NCBI GenBank assembly: GCA_026417195.1
Contig: JAOADS010000003.1
Location: forward strand, 1-38,515
Source of the DNA: Ignavibacteria bacterium
GTDB taxonomy: Bacteria; Bacteroidota; Ignavibacteria; Tepidaquicellales; OLB5
Reading direction: 5' to 3'
Length of the DNA: 38,515 nt
Within the stretch, counting starts at the first letter, position 1; every line of letters starts with the position of its first letter. The translations under genes and the position numbers were made by a program. The notes under the pieces are model-generated. The model saw only the letters and a list, made by a program, of their open reading frames with translations, was not told the DNA's origin and searched no databases. This document shows, piece by piece, positions 8,892 through 18,023 of the stretch.

Positions 8892-11800
8892 ATGAAATTT
8901 TTACTTCTCTCACTAATCACTTTAAGTTTAATTACTAAAATAAGTTACTCTCAGTTATCCGGGACATATTATGTAGGCTCTGGTCAGACCTATACATCTT
9001 TTACTGGTTCCGGTTCTCAGGGTTTTTTTAATGCTGTAAATACGCAGGGTTTATCAGGCAATGTTACTGTATTTGTTACCTCCAACACATCTGAATCCGG
9101 TGCCGTGTCTTTAAACCAGTGGACAGGTAACTTTACAATAACTATCAGACCGAACTCTGCTGTAGTTTACAATATAAGTGGAGATGTAAACAGTCCGTTA
9201 ATAAATCTGAATGGAGCTGATAATCTTATAATTGATGGGCGATTCGACGGTTCTGGCAGATATCTCAGGTTTACCAACCTGAATACTGATAATCCGGTTT
9301 TCAGATTTATAAACGATGCTAAAAGTAACGTGATAACATATTGTATAATTGAAGGCTTGAATTCAAATCTATCGAGCGGCCTTATTTTCTTCAGCATTAC
9401 AAACGGCAATGACGGAAATGACAATAATACAATAAGCAACTGTCTGATAAGAAGTTCCGGCGGAAATTATATAAATGCAATCTACTCAAACGGAACAACA
9501 TCAACATCACAGAGAAATAATAGCGGAATTTCAGTTACAGATAACGAGATAATTGACTTTTTCAGAGATGGATTTATTGCTTCGGGAATTACTCTCACCG
9601 GAGGATCAACTGAATGGACTATATCAGGAAACAGCTTTTATCAGACATCATCAAGGTCTGTTACACAGGCAACCGGATGGAACGTAATTTACGTTAATAC
9701 CTCAAGCGCAAACAATATAACGGTAAGCGGTAACTACCTTGGAGGTTCAGCTGCAAACTGCGGAGGTAGTCCATGGACTGTTTCCGGAAGCGTGACTATT
9801 ACTTCTTATTTCATTAGATTCGCCTCATCAGGTACTTCAACAGCTTCAAACATTCAGAACAATTACATACAGAACTACAGTCAGTCCGCAAATCCCTCGT
9901 CCGGAGGCTATGTTATGTTTGCCGGTATAAGCGTTGAAGGTGGTCTTGTACATTCAAGCGGAAACATTATAGGAAACACTTCATCCACAGGTAATATCAC
10001 ATTAACTTATGCAGGCAACACAAATAATATTATTAACAGAGGGATAAATTATGCAAACTGCACAGGAAACATAACAGGAAATACCATAGGATCCATTACT
10101 ATTAACGGTTCTCATTCATCTGGACTAATGAGATTTGAAGCTATAAATTACACTGGAACACCTACAGCCACTGTTACTATATCCAACAATACTATAGGCA
10201 GTACGTCTACATCAGGAAGTATAAATGCTTCCAGCCCTTCTATGTATTTCCAGATGAGCGGCATTTATTCAACAATAAATACAGTAACATTAAATGTAAC
10301 AGGAAACACACTTGCCAATATAGTTAATACTTCCACAAACTCAAATGCATGGACTAGGGGAATATTCCAGAATAACAGCACATCTGCTATATGTAACTTC
10401 TCAAATAATACTTTGTCTGAAATTTACAGCTCTGGTACAAATACCAGCAGATTTCCCAACAGTTGTCCGATAATCGGAATATATACCGGATCAAATTCAA
10501 CCGCTCAGGTTATTTCAGGAAACACGGTAAGGGGCTTGAGGTCAAATGCAAATGCAGATATCCACGTTCAGGGAATAGCTCATTATAACAGTGCCGGGAA
10601 AGGCTTATGCGAAAAGAATAAAATTTATGATCTTACAAATACATCCACTTCTTCAGCTCCTAAAATCTGGGCTATAAATGCATTCTGGGGAAGCTGGAAT
10701 TTCTATAATAATCAGATTACACTGACAAACGGTGAATCTGCATTCAGATATTCATCCTCGAATTACACCATTTTCGGAAATACAGCAAATATCGAAAAGA
10801 AAACTTCATATGATGATTCAGAAATATTATCATATCTCATAAAGGACGAAGAACACACTACACCCGAAACCGAAAAGAAACCGGATAATCCGGTAATTCC
10901 CTTTCACACTAACGGTGTTGAAATAAAAGGAATACATGACGAGGCTGAATTTGACTGTGTATTTGCTTATAACAGTATCTATGTAGGAGGAACAGCAAGC
11001 TCAGGAAATTCTAATTCATGGTGCTATGACAGACCCTTAACCTCCTGGCCTACTCCGGCTAAGATTTTAAATAATCTTTTCTTTAACGCAAGAACCGGAG
11101 GAACAGGTAAACATTACGCCATAGGAAATGAAATCGGTTCAAATAACTGGACAAGTACATCGGCGAACTATAATGTTTACATATCATCAAACATTAATAC
11201 TATAACAATATGGGGAACAAGTGATCAGACTATAGATCAGTGGAGAACATCATCGGGAGGTGATAAACAAACCTGGAGTACGACAAGTTCATCGCTTAAT
11301 GCATCTAATCTGTTTAATAATATTTCTCAGGGTGATCTCTCAATTAAAACTGCAAACTATGAAGCCTGGATAGTATCAGGAAAAGGTATTGCTCTTAGTT
11401 CAGTTAACTCAGATTACAACGGAAATTCAAGAGCTACTAATATCTCCGGCGGATGTACAGACATTGGAGCCTTTGAATTTACATCAACTCCGCCTAACTG
11501 CCCTGTTGCTGTTCAGGATAATGTGCCCGGAAGCGGAGTAACATCTACATACAGACTGTGGGGAAGAAACCTTGTGGTAATAAACTGGGGAACCGGAGGC
11601 TCACAGTATCCTTCAATGGTGAATGTTCAGTATTATTCAGGAGTAAATCCTCCCAATACAGTTGGTGGAAACTACTCCAATTCTTACTGGGATATTAATC
11701 CTGTAGGTTCCCTGAACGGAGCTACATATGATATCACAATTAACTTCGGAGACAATGAAACATATACCATTACAAGTCCCAGCATCAATACAAGAATTGC

Positions 11801-12545
11801 AAAATATGTTTCAACATGGGAGGTATTCTCAACTGCCGGTACCGGAGCATGGCAGACAGAACTTAACTGGTCTAACTTAAATGCTAAAACAAGAGCAATG
11901 AACAGCTTCTCAGTATATTCATTAACTGATGCTTCTAATCCCCTTCCAGTTGAAATATGTTCATTTTCCGGACTTGTTACATCAAGAAATGTTGAACTAA
12001 AATGGTCAACCTGCTGGGAAATAAATAACATGGGATTTGATATTGAAAGAAGAGACTTTAATAAATCAAACTCTTCCTACGGCGAATGGAAGAAAATCGG
12101 TTTCGTACAGGGTGCAGGAACAAGCAATGAAGAAAAACATTATAAATTTACTGATGCTAAATTGTTAACAGGCCAGTATCAGTACAGACTTAAACAAATT
12201 GATTTCAACGGTAATCATGAATATTATCAGTTAAACTCTCCGTCTGAAATTATTATAGGAACACCTCAGACAGCTGAACTATATCAGAACTATCCCAATC
12301 CGTCAAATCCTTCTTCAAAAATTGATTTCCAGATTCCTTTTTCTGGAAGAGTTACATTGAAGGTTTATGATATATCTGGAAGAGAAGTTGCTTCACTTCT
12401 TGACAGAGAACTTGAAGCAGGTTATTACAGCGAAACGTTCAACGGTTCATCTCTTGCAAGCGGAGTCTATTTCTATAGAATATCGGTTAAAGGCACTGAA
12501 AGTGAAAATTTCTCCAAAACCATGAAACTGATACTTATTAAATAA
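8892..12545 (+). CDS. Large secreted right-handed beta-helix repeat protein with T9SS type-A C-terminal sorting domain (function unknown)
   Basis: 1217 aa with signal peptide MKFLLLSLITLSLITKISYSQ. Long N/S/T/G-rich region with PbH1-like repeats (NNTISNCLI, ITVSGNYLGG, ITGNTIGS, NVTGNTLAN, ISGNTVRG) ending in the GCTDIGAFEF motif. An Ig/Fn3-like module follows (VELKWST..NNMGFDIERRD...YQYRLKQIDFNGNHEYY). The C-terminus YPNPSNPSSKIDFQIP...GVYFYRISVKG...KTMKLILIK is typical of Por/T9SS CTDs. Confidence 0.8.
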   Translation: MKFLLLSLITLSLITKISYSQLSGTYYVGSGQTYTSFTGSGSQGFFNAVNTQGLSGNVTVFVTSNTSESGAVSLNQWTGNFTITIRPNSAVVYNISGDVNSPLINLNGADNLIIDGRFDGSGRYLRFTNLNTDNPVFRFINDAKSNVITYCIIEGLNSNLSSGLIFFSITNGNDGNDNNTISNCLIRSSGGNYINAIYSNGTTSTSQRNNSGISVTDNEIIDFFRDGFIASGITLTGGSTEWTISGNSFYQTSSRSVTQATGWNVIYVNTSSANNITVSGNYLGGSAANCGGSPWTVSGSVTITSYFIRFASSGTSTASNIQNNYIQNYSQSANPSSGGYVMFAGISVEGGLVHSSGNIIGNTSSTGNITLTYAGNTNNIINRGINYANCTGNITGNTIGSITINGSHSSGLMRFEAINYTGTPTATVTISNNTIGSTSTSGSINASSPSMYFQMSGIYSTINTVTLNVTGNTLANIVNTSTNSNAWTRGIFQNNSTSAICNFSNNTLSEIYSSGTNTSRFPNSCPIIGIYTGSNSTAQVISGNTVRGLRSNANADIHVQGIAHYNSAGKGLCEKNKIYDLTNTSTSSAPKIWAINAFWGSWNFYNNQITLTNGESAFRYSSSNYTIFGNTANIEKKTSYDDSEILSYLIKDEEHTTPETEKKPDNPVIPFHTNGVEIKGIHDEAEFDCVFAYNSIYVGGTASSGNSNSWCYDRPLTSWPTPAKILNNLFFNARTGGTGKHYAIGNEIGSNNWTSTSANYNVYISSNINTITIWGTSDQTIDQWRTSSGGDKQTWSTTSSSLNASNLFNNISQGDLSIKTANYEAWIVSGKGIALSSVNSDYNGNSRATNISGGCTDIGAFEFTSTPPNCPVAVQDNVPGSGVTSTYRLWGRNLVVINWGTGGSQYPSMVNVQYYSGVNPPNTVGGNYSNSYWDINPVGSLNGATYDITINFGDNETYTITSPSINTRIAKYVSTWEVFSTAGTGAWQTELNWSNLNAKTRAMNSFSVYSLTDASNPLPVEICSFSGLVTSRNVELKWSTCWEINNMGFDIERRDFNKSNSSYGEWKKIGFVQGAGTSNEEKHYKFTDAKLLTGQYQYRLKQIDFNGNHEYYQLNSPSEIIIGTPQTAELYQNYPNPSNPSSKIDFQIPFSGRVTLKVYDISGREVASLLDRELEAGYYSETFNGSSLASGVYFYRISVKGTESENFSKTMKLILIK

Positions 12546-12608
12546 CATACCTCCTAAAATTGTTTCTCCTTTTTTAAGGAAAACAGTAACCAATATCCCC
12601 CAATCGAC

Positions 12609-12640
12609 GGGTTGCCTTTAAGAGGCAACCCTTTATATTT
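12609..12640 (+). terminator. Rho-independent terminator
   Basis: GGGTTGCCT-TTAAG-AGGCAACCC (9-bp perfect stem, 12609-12631) followed by TTTATATTTTATTT, 64 nt after the stop of the 1217-aa gene. Confidence 0.75.
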
Positions 12641-12748
12641 TATTTAACAGAAAAATTCCTGATGGTTTTTCTCTCTCATGCTAAATTAAAATGAATGACT
12701 ATCTCGAATTGACTGAATTAATGAGTTTCATAAAAATTCATAAGAACA

Positions 12749-12756
12749 TATTTTTG
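12749..12756 (+). promoter_or_regulatory. Candidate -7 promoter box (TATTTTTG) for lysA
   Basis: Matches TAnnTTTG, 25 nt upstream of the lysA ATG. A TATAAT hexamer is also present at 12764-12769. Confidence 0.3.
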
Positions 12757-12781
12757 TTTTTCTTATAATTAAAAAAATCAA

Positions 12782-14059
12782 ATGAACCATTTTTACATTA
12801 AAGATAACAGACTCTATGCAGAAAATTTTCTTGTAGAGGATCTCGCACAGGAATTCGGCACCCCCCTTTACATTTACAGCAAAAATCAGATTCTTAAGAA
12901 TTACAGGGAAATCAATCAGCCCCTTGTGAATTCAAAACTTGATTATATAAACTGTTATGCAATCAAAGCAAACTCCAATCCGGAAATTCTGAAACTCCTC
13001 GCAGAGGAAGGTGCTGGTGCAGAAATAGCTTCCGGTGGTGAACTTTATTTAGCTTTGAAGTTTGGATATCTGAGAAATAAAATAACTTTCACCGGAGTCG
13101 GAAAAACAGATCACGAGATAGAGTACGCATTAAAAGAAAATATATTCAACTTTACGGTTGAATCTCTCCAGGAAATAAAAGTTATATCTGAAATTGCCCA
13201 CAGACTTGGAGTAATAGCCAGAATATCTGTAAGGGTAAATCCGGATATAGATCCCAGAACACATCCTTACATAACAACTGGAATGAAAGAAAATAAATTC
13301 GGCATAGACAGCCGTGATATTCTTGAAGTGTTTACAACCGCTTCGAAACTACCCAACATAGACATAATCGGAATACATGCTCATATAGGATCTCAGATCA
13401 CGGAGATTCAGCCATATATTGACTCCGTGAAATATCTTATTGACTTAATTAAAATAGTTGAATCCAAAGGTATAAATATACGCTATGTAAATTTTGGCGG
13501 AGGTTTTGGTGTGAGGTATAAGAACGTTTTAACTCACAGATATATTCCCCTTGAGGAAGATAATAATTCATCATATCCCTCTCTCGGAGGATATATAGAA
13601 TCTGTAATTGAACTTCTAGGTTCGCTTGGTAAAAAACTTATAATAGAGCCGGGGCGTTCGATGACAGCTAATGCAGGGATACTGGTCGGAAAAGTACTTT
13701 ACACAAAACAAGGTGAATTAAAGAAATTTATAATAACAGATACAGGAATGAACGACCTTATGAGACCATGTCTATATCAGGCTTACCATCAGATTATACC
13801 GCTTGTGCTATCTGATACCGGATATGAGACCGTTGACATAGTAGGTCCTGTGTGTGAAACATCAGACTTCCTCGCACTGAACAGGAAAATCCAGAAGATG
13901 GAGAGAGGACATATGTTTGCTGTTATGACTGCGGGAGCTTACGGATATACTCTTTCATCAAATTACAACGCAAGGCTGAGGCCAGCTGAAGTTCTCGTTG
14001 ACGGAGATAAATATCATTTAATCAGGGAAAGAGAAAAACTTGAGGAACTTCACTACTAA
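12782..14059 (+). CDS. lysA: Diaminopimelate decarboxylase
   Basis: 425 aa with Orn/DAP/Arg decarboxylase family-2 motifs: PLP-Lys YAIKAN, NFGGGFGV, IIEPGRSM, GPVCETSDF. Confidence 0.9.
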   Translation: MNHFYIKDNRLYAENFLVEDLAQEFGTPLYIYSKNQILKNYREINQPLVNSKLDYINCYAIKANSNPEILKLLAEEGAGAEIASGGELYLALKFGYLRNKITFTGVGKTDHEIEYALKENIFNFTVESLQEIKVISEIAHRLGVIARISVRVNPDIDPRTHPYITTGMKENKFGIDSRDILEVFTTASKLPNIDIIGIHAHIGSQITEIQPYIDSVKYLIDLIKIVESKGINIRYVNFGGGFGVRYKNVLTHRYIPLEEDNNSSYPSLGGYIESVIELLGSLGKKLIIEPGRSMTANAGILVGKVLYTKQGELKKFIITDTGMNDLMRPCLYQAYHQIIPLVLSDTGYETVDIVGPVCETSDFLALNRKIQKMERGHMFAVMTAGAYGYTLSSNYNARLRPAEVLVDGDKYHLIREREKLEELHY

Positions 14060-16175
14060 GTTTATTTCTGCATTCCCGCTGATTTTAATCTCTATACTTT
14101 TAAATCATTCGTATCCGCAGGAACTGACCCTTGAATATATTTTTCAGGAACCTGAAATAATAAATCCCCGTCCCTCTTTAAAAACCATCAATACAAAATT
14201 TTCAAAAATATACTATTATGCTGACGATGATTTTGACGGGAAGCTGAACTTATTTGATTATAATTATTTAAACGGAGAATATTTCAGATACGAAAACACC
14301 GGTAATGAACCCTCAGAGTTTCTTGTTCTCCCCGAAGGTGATGCCGTATGCGTTTTCGACGGTGAAATTTACATCTCAAAAAGCTTCACTGAAAGCAGGG
14401 CATTCTCAAAGGATATAAAACTCACAGAAACTGAAGAACACGAATATTCGCCGCAGAACATTGACAGTAATATAGTGCTGTTCAGAAGAAAAGGAAATTA
14501 TTACTTGTTGAGATTTAATGAAAAGGGTTTAATTAAAGAAATTAAGCTTACCGGGGATGAATCAGATACAGTTTCATATCAGCTTTCTGCATATCATTCA
14601 GATGTAAACACTGTAAAAATTTTCCTGATAAGGTATAATAACAGTCCGAAAAGAGAGTTTATATTTCCGGATTATACAGATGAATTTGTAAAACTCAGAA
14701 AAGGCAAAAGAGGTTTTTCATACATCAGTTTTTATGAACTGATCATATCAGGAGATTCCGTCAGGAAAGTAAACCTATTCTATTTCCCCGATTCACTGAT
14801 TTACTCAGCTCATTCTGTTACTTATTCACCGGACGGAAGTATGGTAATTATAGATGCAGATTCAAAAGCAAGAAACTTAAGAAAGATTTTCAGATACCAA
14901 TCTCTCACGGCAGATATGAAAGAAATTTATTCAGAAGTATATGAGAAGTGGTATGAGAGGCACGCTAATACAGTACAGTTCATTGATAACAGTTCATTTA
15001 TTTTCGAATCTGAAATAGACGGATATAACGGCCTGTATAAAATAAATACTGATGGAAATAACCTGAAAAGAATAACTCCTACTGGTTGTACGGTTAGAGA
15101 ATCAATAATATCAACACGAACTGAAAAAATTTACTTTGTTGCAAACGCTGAAACACCTCAGAACTATTACCTTTATGAAACTGATTTTTCAGGCAATGGA
15201 TTTAAAAAAATTTTTGATTCTACAGGTAGCGTATCTAATATTAAAATATCCGATGACGGAGAAAAAATTTTCTTCAGTTATTCATATGTTACACAACCTC
15301 CGGAGATATATATGACTGATAAAGAAAGTAATTTGAGTCTCAGGATCACATATACTGTATCCCCATATTTCTCCTCTGTTCAATGGGTAAAACCGGAGTT
15401 AATCACATTCAGAAACCGTGAAGACAATGAACTGATATATGCATACCTCTACAAGCCAAAAGATTTCAATGAAAGGAACAAATACCCACTTATATGTTTC
15501 GCACATGGTGCTGGTTATCTTCAGAACGTAACATCCGCTTTCAGCCCGTATCAGGATAATTTCATGTTTAATACATTTCTTACATTGAAAGGCTTTGTCA
15601 TACTAGACATTGACTTCAGGGGAAGCGCCGGATACGGAGCTGAATTCAGAAATAAGACTTATAAAAATCTCGGTTACTGGGAAATATCCGATTACATAAG
15701 CGGAATAGGATATCTTGACTCACTTGGTATTATTGACAAAACAAAGGTAGGTATCTATGGAGGAAGCTACGGAGGATTTATAACCTTAATGGCAGTATTC
15801 CAAAGACCAGACGTGTTTTCCTGCGGAGTATCCCTGAGGGCAGTTACAAACTGGAAGAATTACTATTACAGCAATCCCTGGTACACAATGGCAAGGCTTG
15901 GTGAATATAATGATGAGAATAAATTCTATTACGAAATATCATCTCCCGTAACCTATGCAGAAAATCTTTCAGTGCCTCTTCTGATAACTCACGGAATGCT
16001 TGATGACAATGTTTTTTTTCAGGATATGGTACAACTCACTCAGAAACTGATCGATAACGAGAAAGAATTTGAAATAATGTTTCACCCCAGGGAATCTCAC
16101 AGTTATTACAGACAGAGCAGTTGGCTTGACCTCTATAAGAGAGTCTGGAAGTTCTTTGAAAGAAATCTGAAGTAA
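14040..16175 (+). CDS. S9-family serine peptidase (prolyl oligopeptidase / dipeptidyl-peptidase type), secreted
   Basis: 711 aa with signal peptide MRNFTTKFISAFPLILISILL. N-terminal beta-propeller-like region and C-terminal alpha/beta hydrolase with Ser GIYGGSYGGFITL, Asp HGMLDDNV and His RESHSY. TTG start overlaps lysA by 20 nt. Confidence 0.85.
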   Translation: MRNFTTKFISAFPLILISILLNHSYPQELTLEYIFQEPEIINPRPSLKTINTKFSKIYYYADDDFDGKLNLFDYNYLNGEYFRYENTGNEPSEFLVLPEGDAVCVFDGEIYISKSFTESRAFSKDIKLTETEEHEYSPQNIDSNIVLFRRKGNYYLLRFNEKGLIKEIKLTGDESDTVSYQLSAYHSDVNTVKIFLIRYNNSPKREFIFPDYTDEFVKLRKGKRGFSYISFYELIISGDSVRKVNLFYFPDSLIYSAHSVTYSPDGSMVIIDADSKARNLRKIFRYQSLTADMKEIYSEVYEKWYERHANTVQFIDNSSFIFESEIDGYNGLYKINTDGNNLKRITPTGCTVRESIISTRTEKIYFVANAETPQNYYLYETDFSGNGFKKIFDSTGSVSNIKISDDGEKIFFSYSYVTQPPEIYMTDKESNLSLRITYTVSPYFSSVQWVKPELITFRNREDNELIYAYLYKPKDFNERNKYPLICFAHGAGYLQNVTSAFSPYQDNFMFNTFLTLKGFVILDIDFRGSAGYGAEFRNKTYKNLGYWEISDYISGIGYLDSLGIIDKTKVGIYGGSYGGFITLMAVFQRPDVFSCGVSLRAVTNWKNYYYSNPWYTMARLGEYNDENKFYYEISSPVTYAENLSVPLLITHGMLDDNVFFQDMVQLTQKLIDNEKEFEIMFHPRESHSYYRQSSWLDLYKRVWKFFERNLK

Positions 16176-16397
16176 TTATTTCTTCGGCTCAAGAGCATAA
16201 GCGATGACATCAGACTCAAATCCGCAGGTTCTATGAGTACCGTCACAGAAGGGTTTCTTGTTACTTTGTCCACATCTGCATAATGCAATAACGCTTCTTC
16301 CGGCAAGATCAAATCTGTTTCCGTTTGCATCATAAAGTTCTACATCACCTTCTATTCTGTAACTTCCGTTTTTTGTAACTGTGATTTTTACTGACAT
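16176..16397 (-). CDS. CDGSH-type iron-sulfur domain protein (mitoNEET-like, single domain)
   Basis: 73 aa. CRCGQSNKKPFCDGTH matches the CDGSH signature C-x-C-x2-(S/T)-x3-P-x-C-D-G-(S/A/T)-H exactly. Its start is 2 nt after the ftcD stop. Confidence 0.8.
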   Translation of the reverse strand: MSVKITVTKNGSYRIEGDVELYDANGNRFDLAGRSVIALCRCGQSNKKPFCDGTHRTCGFESDVIAYALEPKK

Positions 16398-16399
16398 AT

Positions 16400-18019
16400 T
16401 TATTTCCTCCTGTTGTTTATAATTCTTTCAGTTCTTCTAAGAAATCTTGATGAGTTCTTTAAAATTTCATTTGCTTCTTTTGTTATACTGGCTTTATATT
16501 TCTTATCCTCAATCTGAGGAAGATTAATTTCAACATTTCTGTAAGCTCCGTAAATTCCGCTTTCAAGGCACTTCGCTCCAACAAGCAGGTCGCTTGATGA
16601 ATTTATGTTGCCAAATTTAGCCATTTCTATAATACTGCCCCAGCAGGAGTTTGCAGTTCTCATAACATTCAAAGGCACCTCGATTGCTTTTTTAAGTCCT
16701 TCCTGCATCTTCTCATGTCTTATCTTCCTTTCTTTTTCAGTCTCCTTTGGCATTTTCATAGCAGACATGTAATCATTAAATGCCTCTGTATCAGCATCTA
16801 TCATCGGAATTAATTTTCTCATTGCCTCATCCAGTGGGGGAATAAGTTTTCTCATCTTAGAATCCAGATGTTCAAATTTCCTGCTTCCGTAACTCATCCA
16901 TCCCATCATTGCACCCAATGCAGCCCCGAGTGAAGATATGAGTGCAGACACACTTCCTCCTCCCGGTGCAGAAGTTCTCGATCCCACAAGCTCAGTAAAG
17001 TTTCTCACTGACATTGAAGCAAGAGGTTCCGACTTTCTGTCAAGCATGTATTCTATGATCCTTTTTTCGGGAATAAACGGAGATACTGCGTTTAACCCCA
17101 GACGTTCAACAGCTAATCTTATTTTCTGTTTCTCATCTATGATGAACAGGTTTTCCTTTTTTATGTAATATTCAGCTGCCATGAGCATAGCTTCCAGAGG
17201 AATCAGTCCAACGAGCTCACTTCCTGCAACTGCAACTTTGATAGCCTTTGCATCTTTGATGCATTCTTCAAATACAACATGAGGAGGTGTTATTTTATAG
17301 TTATCAATATTGACTGATACCTGTGCCATATTATACTCCTGAACATACCATCCAATAGCTTTGATGGCTTTTAGTCTTCCCGGCTCTTTGGGACCTCTCC
17401 CCTGCTCTCTTATATTCAGAGCGATTCGATGTGCCTGTTCCTTTGTCCCGAGTATGTTCACGTTATAAGCTATAAGGAAAAATCTCGCTCCTGTAACTGT
17501 AGCACCGTGTTTGGGAAGGAATTTCTGAGGTCCAAAGTCCGGCTTCCATTCTTTCTTCGTTATTTTATCTTTAAGACCTTCATATTCACCAGCCCTTATC
17601 TGTTTAAGTGACTTCCTCAAGGGATTGTGTGATGCCTCTTCGTATAAATAGACCGGTATCCCAAGTTCTTCGCCAACTCTCTTACCGAATTTTTTTGAAC
17701 ATTCCACGCATTCTTCCATAGTTACTCCGGAGACCGGAACAAACGGGACAACATCAACAGCTCCGAGTCTTGGATGTTCTCCTTTATGTTTAGTCATATC
17801 AATCATTTCATATGCAGTTTTTGCAAATCTGTAAGCAGCTTCAACTACTGAATCCGGTTCCCCGACAAATGTAAATACTGTCCGGTTAGTTGATTTACCC
17901 GGATCAATATCAAGCAGCGAAACTCCGTCAACACTCCTCACCGCTTCAGCACAGGCTGAAATTATATTTTCGTCCCTGCCTTCAGAAATGTTTGGTACAC
18001 ACTCAATTATTTTTCTCAT
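16400..18019 (-). CDS. ftcD: Bifunctional glutamate formimidoyltransferase / formimidoyl-tetrahydrofolate cyclodeaminase
   Basis: 539 aa. N-terminus IIECVPNISEGRD, KHKGEHPRLGAVDVVPF and TKEQAHRIALNIREQGRG mark the formiminotransferase N and C subdomains. The C-terminal part, APGGGSVSALISSLGAALGAMM...DADTEAFNDYM, is the cyclodeaminase domain. Confidence 0.9.
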   Translation of the reverse strand: MRKIIECVPNISEGRDENIISACAEAVRSVDGVSLLDIDPGKSTNRTVFTFVGEPDSVVEAAYRFAKTAYEMIDMTKHKGEHPRLGAVDVVPFVPVSGVTMEECVECSKKFGKRVGEELGIPVYLYEEASHNPLRKSLKQIRAGEYEGLKDKITKKEWKPDFGPQKFLPKHGATVTGARFFLIAYNVNILGTKEQAHRIALNIREQGRGPKEPGRLKAIKAIGWYVQEYNMAQVSVNIDNYKITPPHVVFEECIKDAKAIKVAVAGSELVGLIPLEAMLMAAEYYIKKENLFIIDEKQKIRLAVERLGLNAVSPFIPEKRIIEYMLDRKSEPLASMSVRNFTELVGSRTSAPGGGSVSALISSLGAALGAMMGWMSYGSRKFEHLDSKMRKLIPPLDEAMRKLIPMIDADTEAFNDYMSAMKMPKETEKERKIRHEKMQEGLKKAIEVPLNVMRTANSCWGSIIEMAKFGNINSSSDLLVGAKCLESGIYGAYRNVEINLPQIEDKKYKASITKEANEILKNSSRFLRRTERIINNRRK

Positions 18020-18023
18020 AGAA

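Noticed and set aside
9167-12031. Minus-strand ORFs 9167..9439 (90 aa) and 11684..12031 (115 aa).
   Set aside because: Both are antisense inside the 1217-aa gene. They have no signal or motif, and no promoter space is available.
12562-12584. Weak hairpin GTTT(C)TCCTT-TTTT-AAGGAAAAC just after the 1217-aa gene stop.
   Set aside because: The stem is A/U-rich and bulged with no trailing U-tract. The strong terminator at 12609-12640 explains termination.
12546-12781. Possible lysine riboswitch (L-box) or leader peptide upstream of lysA, including a 25-codon uORF at 12691-12768 (MNDYLELTELMSFIKIHKNIFLFFL).
   Set aside because: After the terminator the region is very AT-rich, and I could not see the conserved G/C-rich helices of the L-box. 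The uORF is not Lys-rich, has no RBS-like context, and is expected by chance in AT-rich sequence.
16133-16333. 66-aa minus-strand ORF overlapping the CDGSH gene and the S9 peptidase end.
   Set aside because: It is in a different frame from the motif-bearing CDGSH ORF (16176..16397) and has no recognisable features.
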